64,000 nt of DNA. It comes from Chrysomallon squamiferum. Lineage: Eukaryota; Animalia; Mollusca. The position numbers and the translations under genes were made by a program. The notes beneath the pieces were generated by a model. It was not told where the DNA came from. It made no database searches and was given only the letters and a program-made list of their open reading frames with translations. How positions within the stretch are numbered: the stretch's first letter is position 1; every line of letters begins with the position of its first letter. Of the stretch, positions 1 through 14,739 are shown piece by piece. Location of the stretch: assembly GCA_012295275.1 (NCBI GenBank), contig CM022667.1:12276001-12340000 (forward strand), given 5' to 3'.

Positions 1-1884
1 TTCAATCGTGTACAGATGTTTGTTTTTAATGTGAGAACGTTTACTTGCAACCGCTGGGAACATCCACTGGTTTTCTCATCTACTTTCGCTTTCGCTTTTA
101 ACCGCCATCTTCGCGTCGTGTTAATATTTCACACCTGACTTTATAACCCTCGTTTCTCGCTGATTTTTCACTTGATACAGACCACACCTCGCGAAAGTGC
201 AAAATGTCGCTTCGAAACACGTTTTGCACGTGCGTCCGCCATCTTGCTCTCTCTGCTACGTCGATAACGATACGACGGAATTACTTCCCTTTCCCCTTAA
301 AAACCTACCGTCCCGTGGAGTGTGGCCGAAATCCACCTGTCCCCCCTCGCGGCGTGGACACCCCACCCACATAGAAATTGTCTCTGGACCCCGCTGTTAA
401 TTAGCTGGCGTGTCGGAGGAATGCAGCGAGCAGGCGACGAATCGGAAACCCACTTTGCAAGTGTGCGTTTTTAGATCGCATCAAGTGATTCCATGTTTCA
501 AAGTGATCGTACACATGGCAAGTATAAAAGGAGAAGCGGTTTCTTAGAACGTTACAGACTTTCAAACACGTGACCTTGACCTGTCTCTTTTTTTTTTTTT
601 TTTATATTATCGTAACCCCCTTCGCGCTTAACTTTAATACATCAACCAGTATAAGTCAGAAGACTTCAACGCATGTTTGAAATCTCGACCTTTCCCGTGT
701 TAGCCGAAACAAAAAATTACTCGGAACTCCTACGGATTTGAATGTTTATCGTTGTAGCACGCACAGCACGTGCTTCTATTTTTTTTATAAAACGATTGCG
801 TATGTTTAAACAATTTTGATTTTAATCCATTTCACGAAGCAGGGAGGAAAAGTTTTGGTGAACGAACGTTAGAGAAAATAATTACGAGTTTAATAATCTG
901 TTTGAAATTTAAAGCTCTGCATTTAGAACAAGACGGAAGTATTTAAAAATCAAAACCCGTATTAAAAATGGCAAATTTAATTGAAAATGGAACCTTGTAT
1001 CAAAATGATATGATATGATATTATCGTGTGTTTTTTTAATAAGTGCTATAAAATGAAGTTAATGTATTTTAATTTATAGCTGGTATTAAAATAAATGTAA
1101 ACATAAATACACCGACATAATTATATTAGAGTAAATTTACTGCGATTCCTGTATTAAAGTAATGTAAAGGAAAATTATTCATTAAAGAAATTATTCATTA
1201 AAGAACGTACGTAGTTTTGGTCCTATATTAAAATAAAGGTGAATGTACCTGAAATCATATGCTAATGCAGATATTTTTCATATTAAAATCTTGTGTGAAT
1301 GTGTTTTCAGTTGCAGTCTACTTAACCGTATATTAAAATAATTACGAATAATAATTTAAATTATAACCTTGTACTGAAATAGAGTTTATTTAAAACTGAA
1401 ACCTTATATGAAAGTAAATTAACAGGAGAAATGTCCACAATATATTTTAAATTTAATCCGTTGTCAATTTATTATAGTAATGGTATTATTATTATTTTTA
1501 TATAATAGTTATGACTGTCGTAAACATCATAATCATCAGCAGTAATAGAAACAGTAGTGAAAGCAGGATGTAATCCATTATTTAATAATACATAATATAT
1601 ACACAAACACATATATAATTAATATTTCCTTTTAAATATATTCACTCCAAATGTAAAGTCCAAAATGAATATATATATACATCTATACATACATTTATAT
1701 ATATATAAGTGTGTGTGTATATATACATAACAGTAAGAACGATGAAATAAATGTAAATATTTCACTCTAATTATTTTATATTGTTTAAACAAATGGCTCG
1801 CGGTTTTGTTTTTGTTTTTTTTGTTTTTTTGTTCTTGGTTTTTTTTTTTCACCAAACATCCTACGTCCATAACGTCATGAACAC

Positions 1885-1946
1885 CTATGATGTTGTCCAC
1901 AAAAACTATGATGTTGTTCACAAAAACTATGATGTTGTTCACAAAA
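1885..1946. repeat. 21-bp tandem repeat x3 (CTATGATGTTGTYCACAAAAA)
   Basis: Three adjacent near-identical units without spacers. Confidence 0.95.
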
Positions 1947-3484
1947 CAAGAACACACAGCTAGAATAGCAAAAGATCGGGAGGCATCGGAATAAATCAGT
2001 TCGCGCACCAGTGCGTCAAGGGTAGCGTTTGTGTGTTTATCTGGATGAATATCTCTGAGTATAATAAACATAAAGCGGCTATAAAAGAGTTTAACACTTC
2101 GCCGTGGAGGCTACAAGTTCACGCCTGAGCGGGTCTCTCCATCAGGTCGACTCCAAAAACGCCGGAACCATAACGCGAAGGATATTACCATGACATACAA
2201 GTGCGCTTCGAGTTCCAAGTTTAATAACCATTAAAGCTGTGTTTAGTTTTATGATAGAAGCTAGTTAATGTTCAGCTTTATTTTTTTATTATTTTTATTT
2301 TTTTTTATTTTTTTTTTTTTTTTATTATTTTTATTTTTTTTTCGTGCATTGGATGTTGGTGGCGCCGTTCAGATTTTGCACCCAAATTCTTTGGAGGAAA
2401 TTTAAAAAAAAAAAAAAAAAATAAATGAATAAAAAAATTTAAAAAAATGAAAGAAAAAGAAGAAAATGCAGAAAATCTTTTAAAATAAGATAAAACGATT
2501 TATTAAAATAATAAATTTAAAATAATAATAATAATAATAATTAAAAAATTGGAAAAAGAAGAACATACATGAAATTAAAAGAATTAAGTGTATATATATA
2601 TATATATATATAAAAGTATATAGAAATTTAAAAAAATAATAATAATAAAAAATAAAAAGAAATTATCAAAATTAAAAAGAAAAAAGATATTAAAGCCGGT
2701 AAAAAAAAAAAAAAAAAAAAAAATTAAGAAAATGGTTATATGTTTCAAATTATCATGTGTTTTAAATGAAGTTCACATCCGCTGTTTTGACCTCATCTTG
2801 GGTTTGTACGACATGACATAATCAGTGAGTGTACATTTTAAATAAATCATTATGACGTCAGTCAGTGCATCACCATAAACTCTTTTATGTTGTTTTCTTC
2901 TTCATTTTTATCTGTTTCAAATTTCCACACTCTCAATTTTCTCTCTAGTAACAAAAAAAACTAAAATGAAATAAAAAAATAAATAAATAAATAAAAAACA
3001 GAATTAAATTATAAAAACGTTAAATTTATTGTTTCATTCTTCGTACATTTTTAATTATTTCTAAAAACCTTTCGGTTTCCAGATCAGTATTATTGTTATT
3101 ATCTTCCTTATTTTTTTTTTTTTTCATCTTTATTAATATTTTAAATTTAAAATGTTTGGTACATAATAAAAAGAGAAAATATATTTTTAGTTAATATTTT
3201 TTAAAAATAATTTAAAAGCCATATACATACATGCGATTTATTACCCTGATTTTATTTATTTAATTATTTATTTACTTTTTATTTTATTTGTTTTTATTAT
3301 TATTATTACTTATGTTTTTTTGTGGGGTTTTTTTGTGTTTTTTTTGTTTTGTTTTTTGTTACTACATCGGTATTTCGTTAACTGAAGCTAAACTTTCCTT
3401 TTCTTACAATTCTGTAATCTTCAGACAGTACACTTCACGGGACTTTGATACATGAACGGGAAAAACCATCTAAAAAAGGTGCAC

Positions 3485-3550
3485 TGAAGAGTCTTGATCC
3501 TGCGTTCTAGCCTGCCTTACACCAGCGTCCTAACCACTGAAGTAGAACTA
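3485..3550 (-). mobile_element. Degenerate tRNA-like head, probable SINE relic
   Basis: Minus strand ctacttcagtggttaggacgctggtgtaaggcaggctagaacgcaggatcaagac has an A-box-like TCAGTGGTTAG and a B-box-like GGATCAAGAC. Confidence 0.4.
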
Positions 3551-4282
3551 TGTCCCACAACCGTGTTGTGTTATCATCTTTAATAGTGACACATTATCTA
3601 CTCGTTTTATTTACTCAGCTTTTTTTTTTGTATTTTTTCTTAACGTGTGCATCGTTTACAATATGAACACCGATTCATCCGGGCTCTCAGGACTGCCAGC
3701 ATTGGTTACGACGGATCGAGTTTGCCCCAACGTAAACAGCGACATACCGAAAATACATCAAATTCCGGTAACAAGTAATTCCAAATACTGGTCGCGTTAG
3801 CCGCACATACTTGCAATAACAGCACTCTGGTGTGAAATCATTGACGTTACGTCATACCCGGGGATGACGTTGTTAATCGTACACGGCGTACAACACCAGA
3901 TACCATGGGAGTACACTGCAAATTGCCCAATATTATCTGATTTGTGTTTTTCTTTCTCGAACCTTCCAGTCGTGCCACCAGTCAAAGCGAACGCACGTGA
4001 GTGATTAGCCGCCGCTAGAACGTGTGGGAATTTCGTCCCGTTGGCGGGAAAACTTCTGATGTCGTCTGCTGCTCTGGAAATCGCATTCGTGGCAGACGTA
4101 AGAAGCATGAAGTCTGTGTGTACAAAGGCAACAGAGCGCTGTTAAAGTCGTGAGACAAAATCGGTGTTGAACGATGTTAGCAAACAGTGTTCGTATTCGT
4201 AATCTAAACAGAAGAACAAAAATAGTAAGAGAGAGAAAGACCCAAGATGAAAAGACAGAAACAAACAGTCATGCAGATAGTG

Positions 4283-4325
<43 letters not shown>

Positions 4326-4458
4326 TTTGAAATAGAGAGAGAGAGAGCTTGTACAGGAGAGGGATGGGGAGATAAACAAATACATGAAGCATATTTGCAA
4401 TAAGAAATCGAAATGAGAATGTGTGTGTGTCTGCGTCTGTGACAGAGAGTGTGTCTGC

Positions 4459-4530
<72 letters not shown>

Positions 4531-4533
4531 AGG

Positions 4534-4610
<77 letters not shown>
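4283..4610. repeat. Compound microsatellite: (GACA)n and interrupted (GA)n
   Basis: Direct reading: (GACA)n at ~4283-4325 and (GA)n at 4463-4610. Confidence 0.97.
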
Positions 4611-4614
<4 letters not shown>

Positions 4615-5830
4615 TAACCAAATGGAAGGATGGATGAAGACTACGAAAGAAAGAATGAAGAGGTAGGGGGAGCCACAAAGAAAGAGACTTTGTAATTATA
4701 ATCTAAATAACAGAATACAAGTCACACTAATATGAAAGAACGAGAAAGAATAAGAATGAGAGAACGAGAACGAATAAGAAAGAGCGAAACAGAAGGAGAG
4801 CAAGAAAGGACTGAAAAAGACAGAAAGAAAACGAGAGAGGAAGAAAAACGAGAGAGGAAGAAAAACGAGAGAGGAAGAAGAACGAGAAAAAGACTGAAAG
4901 ATAAAAAAAAAATATATATAAAAAAATAAAAAAAAAAAGAAGAAGAAGAAGAAAAAGAAAAAAGATAACAAAAATAGTGCACGTTCTTGTTGCACGGTTT
5001 GGAAGATAACGAACAAGACGTAGAAAAGTTTACCGAGGACGATGTTACACGGCAAATAGCGGGGGTTAGTGTTGCACGATGTTGAAAAGTTGGCTTTCCA
5101 GCGAGATACGTTGCATCTGTAACTGCAAGACAACGCCGTATGGATTTACCAGCTGATTTCTGTTGATTCAGCTTGGGAAATAGGCGCTCTTATCAAAACA
5201 CAGACAGTCTTCATTTTCCTTGTCACTGCTAGTTAACCCGCGTTCAAATGAGCTGGCGAGGCATTCGAGATTCAAATGTTTCGGTGTTATGTTTTAAAGT
5301 TTGTTTATTCTTCACTTTGATAGCTACATTAAACCATACTTGCGCTTCCTTGATTAAGCCGTAAGTTGTTGTGTTTGCGCATGTGTAAGCAGGCAGCTTT
5401 CAGAGTTAGAACCAAAGAGAGAATACGGCAAATGAGTTTTGACAGAAGTTGCTGGAATAGATGGCATAAGATTATTCCCTTTGGTTTCAATGGTAACAAA
5501 AACAATAAACAAAACTTCAGAAGTGGAATTCAACAAATCTTTTTGGTTTTTCTTGCTGAAAGAAGCGAGAGGGATAAAAAAAAAAATAGAGATGAAAGTT
5601 ATACCGTGATGTGTTTACCCAACTCGGAGTTAATGTGTTTTGGAAAACTTAACACATTTTGACTGAGATCGTTTAGGAAATAATAGCCTAACTCAAACAA
5701 AGCAGTTATATTTCATCTACACGTTTACAAGTGTTTGAGTAACCAGATGAAAAAAAAGAAATGTATTCTAACGTTGACAAAGTCTAGCATTTGCACTTAC
5801 AGATTAGTCTTTATTAGAGTCACCTTTTTT

Positions 5831-6076
5831 CATACATATGTACAAGCATACATAGATAGATGCATATTTACACACATACATATATACATACATGCATACA
5901 CATACATACATAATATATGCATACATACATGCATACATACATACATACATACATATATAAATATATATATACACACACACACACACAAACACACACATAC
6001 ATTTATATATACATACACTCAAACACATACATATATTCATATATGCATGCACAACACATACACACACATACATAAA
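5831..6076. repeat. Compound (CATA)/(CA)/(TA) microsatellite
   Basis: Direct reading. Confidence 0.93.
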
Positions 6077-6799
6077 CACCAGTAAATATTTGTACTTACA
6101 GAGCTGTCTTCAAAGTTCTGTTCAGTTTTTTCTTTTTACATTTTTCTTTGTTTTTCTTTTGATTCTGCTTGTGAATGTGTGTGTATTCCTTTTTTATGTT
6201 GTTGTTATTTTATTTTTAACAAAAGTGATGCATATAGTTTATCTGTAAATGTCTTTAAATTATCCACAAAGAACTTTAAAAGAAAAGAGAAAAGAAAAAA
6301 AAAAAACAAAGACAGCTGTTTTATGACAATTTACTGAGACTTATTTTTAACGTAAAAAGGATTCCTTGTCCATTCGGAAGATCAGAAGAAAAATAAAATA
6401 AACTAAAATAAAGTTATAATTATAAATCTTTCAAAATTACATGGCTGCAGAGAAAAAAACTCAGACACAGTTCAAGATTACTTAACCATAAAGTTGTAGC
6501 TACAAACTAAAATAAGATTATGTATTTATCAACAGAAATTAAAAGGACATAAAACGTCGTAGAACCGTGCCAATTTCTGATTAATGGTTTAACAGCTACT
6601 CCATAGGAAGTCAGGTGAATTTTTTCTTTGTTTAACAGTCGTTACCCGCGCCTCTCTGTGTCAGTTGTGATAGGTGAGATATCTAACAAATGTGACAGAT
6701 ATAATACGTGAATTAAAATAACGTGTACGTTTCTTTGTTATATTTGTAAAACCGTCTGGCGGCGGATTTGGAGAGTTGGTGATGATGATGGTGATGTTG

Positions 6800-6844
<45 letters not shown>

Positions 6845-7055
6845 TGTGTGCGCGCACGCACGTGTGTCGGTGTTTGTGAGGATATATAAATAAATCAATA
6901 AATAACAGTTGATTCTGTTAACATTAAACACAACAAAATTTTGAATCACTGTATTAATTATAGAAATTATTGCAGACAAAAACAATTATAATAAATAAAA
7001 TATAGAAAATAAATGTTGATAATGAACTAAATAAAATAAGAAGATATTATTATTA

Positions 7056-7099
<44 letters not shown>

Positions 7100-8228
7100 T
7101 TACTATTACTACCATTGTTGTTATCACTACAACAACGACTACTACTACTACTATTACTACTATTGCTGCTGCTTCTACTACTGGTACTACTATAGCAGCC
7201 TTATTTATAAAGAAGAATAACAACAGCAACAAAAGTAATAAAAACTAAACGTAAAAATGAAGGAAAATTTGTCACGGGCTGGCTGAGAGTTTAAAACACA
7301 TGCTTTTCTTAATCTCATTTAAAAATCCAGTCACATTTACATTTATTCAAAAGAAGAAAAACACAAAAAAAAAAAAAAAAAATCTGAAACTGTCTCAATG
7401 CGGAACAACAGCAGTTTGATACTGCTAACAACAATACCCTCGAAATTGCACACACCATCAAATTTCACTCAATATTAAATTTTTCCCTCATAAGCCGAGC
7501 ACTAAATGACTCTATTATAGTCCTAATCCTTTTCACTGGACAAATAACCCTCAAACGCACCATAATGCAGCCATAATGACCGAATGACCGTTTCCTTTGC
7601 GTTTCGACGCCGTCGCTGTCGTAGAACGGCGTCGCACAATGGAGTGGAGTCGGGCTAGAGCCGCACGCCACCCGGGGTGGCGAATGATGTGTTTACACTC
7701 AAGTGACCAGTCAGACAAATATTTCAACATGTACGATATACGCTGCTTCAATAAAACTGCGAAAATGCGTCGCGGATCAATCTGGGTCGTTAAGTCCGTG
7801 TTTGAGACGACACCGCCGGTAACCCGTCACGTGACGATTCCCTAACTCGTTATAAATTCAGAATACACCATTTTTGAATGTCGTTTTACGAGCTTCCGCG
7901 GATATTTATTTGCTTTCTCGCAATATTTTTCTTTTATTAATGTTTCACATTTATGTTTATACCCGGCATTAATCCGAGTGTGTGTATTATTTTAAATAAC
8001 CGATCCTTTTCAAGTCATTGTAGCAGAGCCGACGTGCTGTTTAACAGAGTATTTCAGACGAGATGGGCTATTGTTTTATAACTGAATTTATGTTGATATT
8101 TATAAGAAACACGCATATATTGCTGGCAATAAAACCGAGATGTTCAGACTTTGTATGAATTATCTTAACTTCTTTACCATAACAATAAAAAAAAACTGAC
8201 TAGAGAGAAGCAGACAAAGGTAAAGAAT

Positions 8229-8329
<101 letters not shown>

Positions 8330-8806
8330 ATGTACGATATACACAGAAATCTTAAAGCATTAAACATTTAGCCATCAGTACATGACATTGTCACTATTTC
8401 ACCACAGAACTACATCACAAACTAACACAACGAACAAAAACAGATTTTTTGACGTCGAAATCACAGAGCGAGGCCCTTTAAGAGATTTGCATGAGAAACA
8501 ATGATGCCCCGATTATCTGCGTTTCTATCACAAACAGGATTTTACAGCTGTTGTTACTGATGCGGGTGGACTGGAGATTAAAATCGCAGTAAGAGTTTAA
8601 CAGTCCGTGTCGTTTGTACGTGTGTCGGTTCAAAACACAGGTGTAGCCCGTGTTTTAAAAGCGATTAAATTTAACGCGAACGATAATACGCTGTTAACGA
8701 AAACAGAAAAAAAAAATCTTCCGCCATGTTGGAAGTGGGTCTAACTCGGTTGTAAAATTAAACTAATTAAAATGAATAATATTTATTCACTTATTTATTT
8801 AAATAT

Positions 8807-8838
<32 letters not shown>

Positions 8839-9806
8839 TTATTTATTTATTTATTTATTTATTTCTTATATTTTTCGAGCATTTTCTTTTGTTAGTTGTG
8901 ATTCTTCAAATTACTTTTTAAAGACAAATGTAAAATAACAACAATAACAATAACAATATTTTAAATGTAACAGATTGACGAATAAAGAAACTTTGTTGAT
9001 GGACATGTAATGACAAAGAGGCATACATATATACATATACATATACATATATACATATACATATACATATATAAACGTTTATACTTGTTTGTCAAAAGGA
9101 AAATGGCAGCTTCCATGAATCTCGAAAACACTGATTTTTATTATCATACTTTATTACTATTAAAGGTTGGCATGCATATTCAATACAATTAAAACCACTT
9201 TAGAGTAAACTACACACAAACTGCATTTTAACTGTTTGCTCGCACCAACACACAAGCGTAATTTTTTTAAAACAAGAATCAAATAAAACAGTCATATTCG
9301 GGGGTGAAAATACAAAAACGTATTTAGTTAATTTGTTTGTATCACCTCGGTTCACACTTCAACACTAAACAAATAAAACAATCGCCTTTGAAGTCTACTG
9401 AATATATATTTACACTGTACACTGGCGTCACCACAGGAACACCTTTAAACGTCTACGGCTCTGGTAAGTGAACGCACGCTTCGTTAACGACGTCATCACA
9501 CTCGGCATAAGGAGTCCATTGACTGGTAAATTTGCTACGGGACCCTGGAGGAATCTGGTAACCAGTTTGGACATATGTTTAATCATTTGAGCTTGCTATC
9601 TGTCTGCAATCTACACTTGGCCCCAAATTGCGCTATCTATCTACACGATGCTTTATACATCACTGGCTCGAGACGAAATTGCGAGGTATCCGAGATCGCA
9701 TCCCGGTCGTAATTTAAACTGCAGTCACATTGACGTGTTTTATAGATTATCTGTATACGGTTTATTGCGTGTATCGGTTGTTCGAGCTGGGAGGTACAGA
9801 GAGTTC

Positions 9807-9814
<8 letters not shown>

Positions 9815-9898
<84 letters not shown>
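9815..9898. repeat. (GT)n microsatellite
   Basis: Direct reading. Confidence 0.98.
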
Positions 9899-9900
<2 letters not shown>

Positions 9901-10599
9901 TTGTGTGTGTGTATTTGTATGTCTGTGTTTTTTTGTGTTTTTTCGTATGTGTCTCTTTTATGTATATATTTGGAGGTTTGTGTGGGTTTTTTTTTTTTTG
10001 TATTCTTATGTACGTACGTCGTTGAAAACGTAGATAAAAATTCTTTACACTGTAGGTATAAAAACAAAACAAAAAAAAAATCAGAAAAACAAAATCCCAA
10101 CCTTATTTTTATTTTGAATAAACACGTGAAACTGTTCATTTTTAATACCAGTTTGAGAGGCAAGTTAACCAAACATATCAAAATACTTCTTTATCTATTC
10201 AAAAAGCAAACCATTAAAAACCAAAAAAAGTATTTAATCAGAAATTTCTTTAATCTTAAGATTAATATTAATGTTGTTTTCTTATCTCTGTTTACATATC
10301 AAAACACACAAACATCATGTTTACCTACTGAAATGCTTAGTTAACTAATACTGCACGTGTTTAAAACTCACCCCCCCCCCATCCTATCCAATACCACAAC
10401 GTTCATGGCTTGTATTGTATGGGATATAAAAGATTTCTTGCTGTTAATCGATATGAGGAAATCATGGCAATGAAGGAATGGGTTTCATCTTTAAATATCG
10501 TTATTATATAAAATATAACGGAATGACACCCAGTAAGCATTAAAATGGATATATATATATATATTTTTGTTAAGTGCCGTTAAATATATTCAATTTTAA

Positions 10600-10653
10600 T
10601 TCATTCATTTATTTGTTATTATTATTATTATTTTTACATTTATTTTCGATTTT

Positions 10654-10692
<39 letters not shown>

Positions 10693-10968
10693 CACGTTTA
10701 TTTTTATTTTTATTTTCATTATATTTATTTTTTTACATTTATTTTCATTTTCATTTTTACTTTTATATTTTCATTATATTTATTTTTTTACATTTATTTT
10801 CATTTTCATTTTTACTTTTATATTTTCATTTTTATTTTTATTTTCATTTTTATCTTCATTTCATTTCCATTTTTATTTTCATTTTCATTTTCATTTTCAT
10901 TTTCATTTTCATTTTTATTTTCATTTTCATTTTTATTCTCATTTTTATTTTTTTTTTTTTTTATTTTT
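10600..10968. repeat. T-rich low-complexity block with (CATTTT)n hexamers
   Basis: Direct reading. Confidence 0.9.
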
Positions 10969-11645
10969 CTCGATCGGACTGTTTCAGATACAAGATTTTG
11001 CTGCTAACAAAAATTCTGCTTTTCTCTTTTTCCTGTCAGGTTCGCGGAGATGCGGTTCAGATGTCGTCGACGGCGTAAATTCAGCGTCCGCCCTCTCGGG
11101 AATCGTTGTGTAGCTTTGCTGACGTTCGCGCATATCAACTGTGCATAAATCTGATTGCTTAATTTTCCATGTGTTTAAAACGAAGCTCGGCCAGTCGGCA
11201 ATGAGTCATTTTCAGAACCATTTATGTCTTTTAGCAGTCAACATTATTAAACATCGGCACTACAATGCAGAATATGCGTTACGTGTGACGCGCAGTCTGA
11301 ATTCACCTTGCGAAGTATTGTAATGTAATTTTAAAAAAAAAAAGAAAAGAAAACGATGAATTAATGAATTAATTAATTTCATTACGTTTTAATGAATAAA
11401 TAATTAAAGAAATGGATTAAGTAAAAAAAAAAAAAAAAAAAAAAAACGAATGAAGTGAGGAAATAAAATAAATTATTAGTTGAAATTGGTTAATAATTAA
11501 AGAAAGTAAAAAAAAAAAAATGAAAAGAATAAATAAATAAATAAATCAACAGTAGAATATATTATGTTTATTAATATTTATTAATATTATTTATTTGTTT
11601 GTTAATTTATTTATTTGTTTGTTTGTTTGTTTGTTTATTTGATTT

Positions 11646-11840
11646 CTTGTTTATTTGTTTGTTTCTTTGTATTTATTTTATATCCTATTTATATATTTTT
11701 TTATCTTTTTATTTATTTATTTATTTGTTGTTCGTTTGTTTGTTTATTTGTTTGCTTGTTTATTTGTTTATTTCTTTGTATTTATTTTATATCCTTTTTA
11801 TATATTTTTATTTTTATATCTTTTTATTTATTTATTTATT
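11646..11840. repeat. Low-complexity tandem duplication, period ~109 bp
   Basis: cttgtttatttgttt(g/a)tttctttgtatttattttatatcct(a/t)tttatatattttt starts at both 11646 and 11755. Confidence 0.8.
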
Positions 11841-11976
11841 TATTATTTTTGTTGTTGTTGTTCTAAATTTCACGCATGATTTCAATTTTTAAAATGAAAA
11901 TATTTCTTTTATCATCGTGAGTAGATAGTTTTCCACATTTTTCCTGATCTATTTTTTAGAAAATTATGTAATTTTG

Positions 11977-12015
<39 letters not shown>

Positions 12016-12845
12016 TATATTATTATTATTTATATTTATATTAGTATTAGTATTATTATTATTTATATTAGTAGTAGTAGTAGTAGTAAATTCAACATAA
12101 CTATTGTTTAAAAATGAAAAACAACGTCACCGTACCAGTTTTGCTCACACGTCTAAAACAGGCGTTACGTCGCTTAATACCAGTCCGCAAAAACCAATCT
12201 TAAAGCCAGCCAATGGAGCGAGAAATATTAAAGAATCGCGTCTGGCTTTCAATATGCGGTATTTTCTGAGTGGGTTATTCCGGAAGATAATCAAGACAGA
12301 TGTGTTTATTATTGTCGTGATGTGGGGGAAAGGTTGCCGTCCCTGGTCACGTAAGTTCCATCGTCAGCTGACAGGGATGATGGGTGTGGGGGGGGGCGAA
12401 GAAGCGAGAGCGCCCTCTGTTGGTGGAAGTTCTCTATTCCATGTCTGTTTCTGTTCATTGACGCTGTGGTGATTTTGGTTTTGTTTGTAAGATTCTGTTT
12501 AAGTAATTAAACATGTGACACGGGATGTAATGCAAATAATATTCCAAGTTTTGTATAAAAAAGAAGTAAGGAATAACATTTTACAATGAATACGTTAAAT
12601 AATATTAACATACACTTTATATTTTGCAATTAAAAGATAAGTTAATATATATACATTTATATTTATATATTAATTCACAGACACATATGCAAACTAACAG
12701 ACTAACAGACAGATAGTAGATAGTAATGGAAAGCAAATAAAAAATCACTTCAGTGAGTTTCTTCTCTTTTTTATTTTTGGTCCATTTTATACATTTTTTA
12801 AACGTTTCTGATTATGGATATTCATTCGCTCATTTATTCATTGCT

Positions 12846-12849
<4 letters not shown>

Positions 12850-12920
<71 letters not shown>
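12850..12920. repeat. (GA)n microsatellite
   Basis: Direct reading. Confidence 0.98.
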
Positions 12921-12922
<2 letters not shown>

Positions 12923-12999
12923 GTGAATGAACTCTTTTCAAAACAAAATACCAAGGAAAAAAAATAAAGTTAAATAAATATACAAGATAAGGTTTCAAA

Positions 13000-13720
13000 C
13001 AGTAAGCCCTAATTTCTGCAGCGTTCTCGAAATCAGTAATTAGACTGGTTTCTTGTTCAAGGCGCGCGGCGCATCAATCTGGCCTGATCAGTCTAGCGAT
13101 TAATACTTTAATGTCCGCCGGATTCAAAACGCTGCAGACGTTGGTGAATCGGTCTCTCTCGTTCCATCAGTCTCTCTTCTGCGACACTTCATCAAACGAA
13201 AATGCAGGGAACAATTTCTCCTCTCCAGTCGTGCCCAGGCTTGGGAGTCTCCCGGGCGAACATAATGTTTATCAGAATGTTAGCAATAAAGGAGATAAGA
13301 TCGTTAAATAATCCCTTACTCATTTAACGTTAAGCTAATAAGGGAGATAACCGCCCCGGGTCGTGCACCCGCTCGCGATTGGTTTTCGAATTATCGTTCC
13401 TTGTTTTTTTGGCCTCGTGCATTAAGTAAAACATCAGTAGTGGCATGTCGCAGGCACGCCATCTTATCGAGTTTGAGAAATGACCTTTTAACGCCGTATT
13501 CTGCTCGCTGATTTAGCGATAATATTTTCTTTATGCTCTTCAAAGCGTGAAATAAGCACAAATTAATGCAAACGTCTGTTTATCCAATGAGTCTTCATAC
13601 TGCCTCTGGCTATGGGAATGCCCCCGTTGAGAAAAGCCTGTCTTTCACTTTTTTTTTTTCCTTCTCTCTCTTTTTTGTTTTTTTATTAAAGCTTGCCAGT
13701 TTCCATCTCGTCATTTCTGA
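13000..13720. promoter_or_regulatory. Candidate enhancer or conserved non-coding block
   Basis: Unique CpG-retaining island with TAATTA, GATTAA and GATAA cores between simple-repeat blocks. Confidence 0.3.
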
Positions 13721-14739
13721 CAGTAATTTTAACTTCTGTGTTAAACAATAATTGTGCGTTTTAGAGAAAGGAAAAAACAAAGTAGCCATTTTTGAAAAGA
13801 GGGAAAGAAAGAATTAATATGTTTGATGTTGGTGACGTTTAAAATACTCTTAAAGTAGAAACCCTTTTTTTTTTTCTTAATTTAAACGTGTGAGGGCATA
13901 ACGGGAAGAAAGAAAGGAAAACAGGAAAGAAAAGAAAAAAATGAAAAAATAATAACATGAAAATAAGAAGACGAAGAAGACAAAGATGATGATGATATTA
14001 AAAATTAATGATATTAATAATAATTATCATGGTAAGCAACAACAAAAGCAATAAATAAATAAGTAAATTAATAAATAAATAAATAAAACTAAGTTTATAT
14101 CTAACACCTGAACTAGTGAGGTGTCGAAATGACAACACAATTTTAAACTATTTTGTTTTTAATAATCTGCAATCTGCAAAAGTTGCGAACAAATATATCA
14201 AATAGTTCTGATACTATAACCTTAATTATTATTATCTTTACCAGTAATATAAGTTTTTTAATTAATATTATCATTTTCATTATCATTATGATTATTATCT
14301 CTATTATTATTATCATCATCATCAACAACAGGAACAACAGTAATAATAATAAGAAGAAGAAAAAGAAGAAGAAGAAGCGCTAATAATAATAATTAACTAG
14401 TAGATGTAACAGTAGTAGTAAAAATATCAGGAGTAATGATAGTAATAGTAGTAGAATACCAGTAGGTGTAGTAGAAATAGAGTTATTATTATTATTATTA
14501 TTGTTGAAACAGTAATCATCATTATAATTATTAGTATCATTATTTATTTATTCATTTATTCATACATTTATTTATTTATTTATTTACTTATTTATATATT
14601 TATTTATTTACTTATTTATATATTTATTTACCTATATATTTATTGGTAAAAAAAAATTAGAAAACTAAAAAAGATAAGAAGAAGAAGAAGAAAGGAAACA
14701 GAGAAAAGAAAAACTCTTAAATCTTATATTTTATTATTG

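Noticed and set aside
1885-1946. CRISPR-like appearance of short direct repeats (also 53440-54510 and 58699-58790)
   Set aside because: No unique spacers, no cas genes, and a eukaryotic context.
2079-2087. TATAAAAG as a TATA box
   Set aside because: The word is common in AT-rich DNA and no downstream gene structure supports it.
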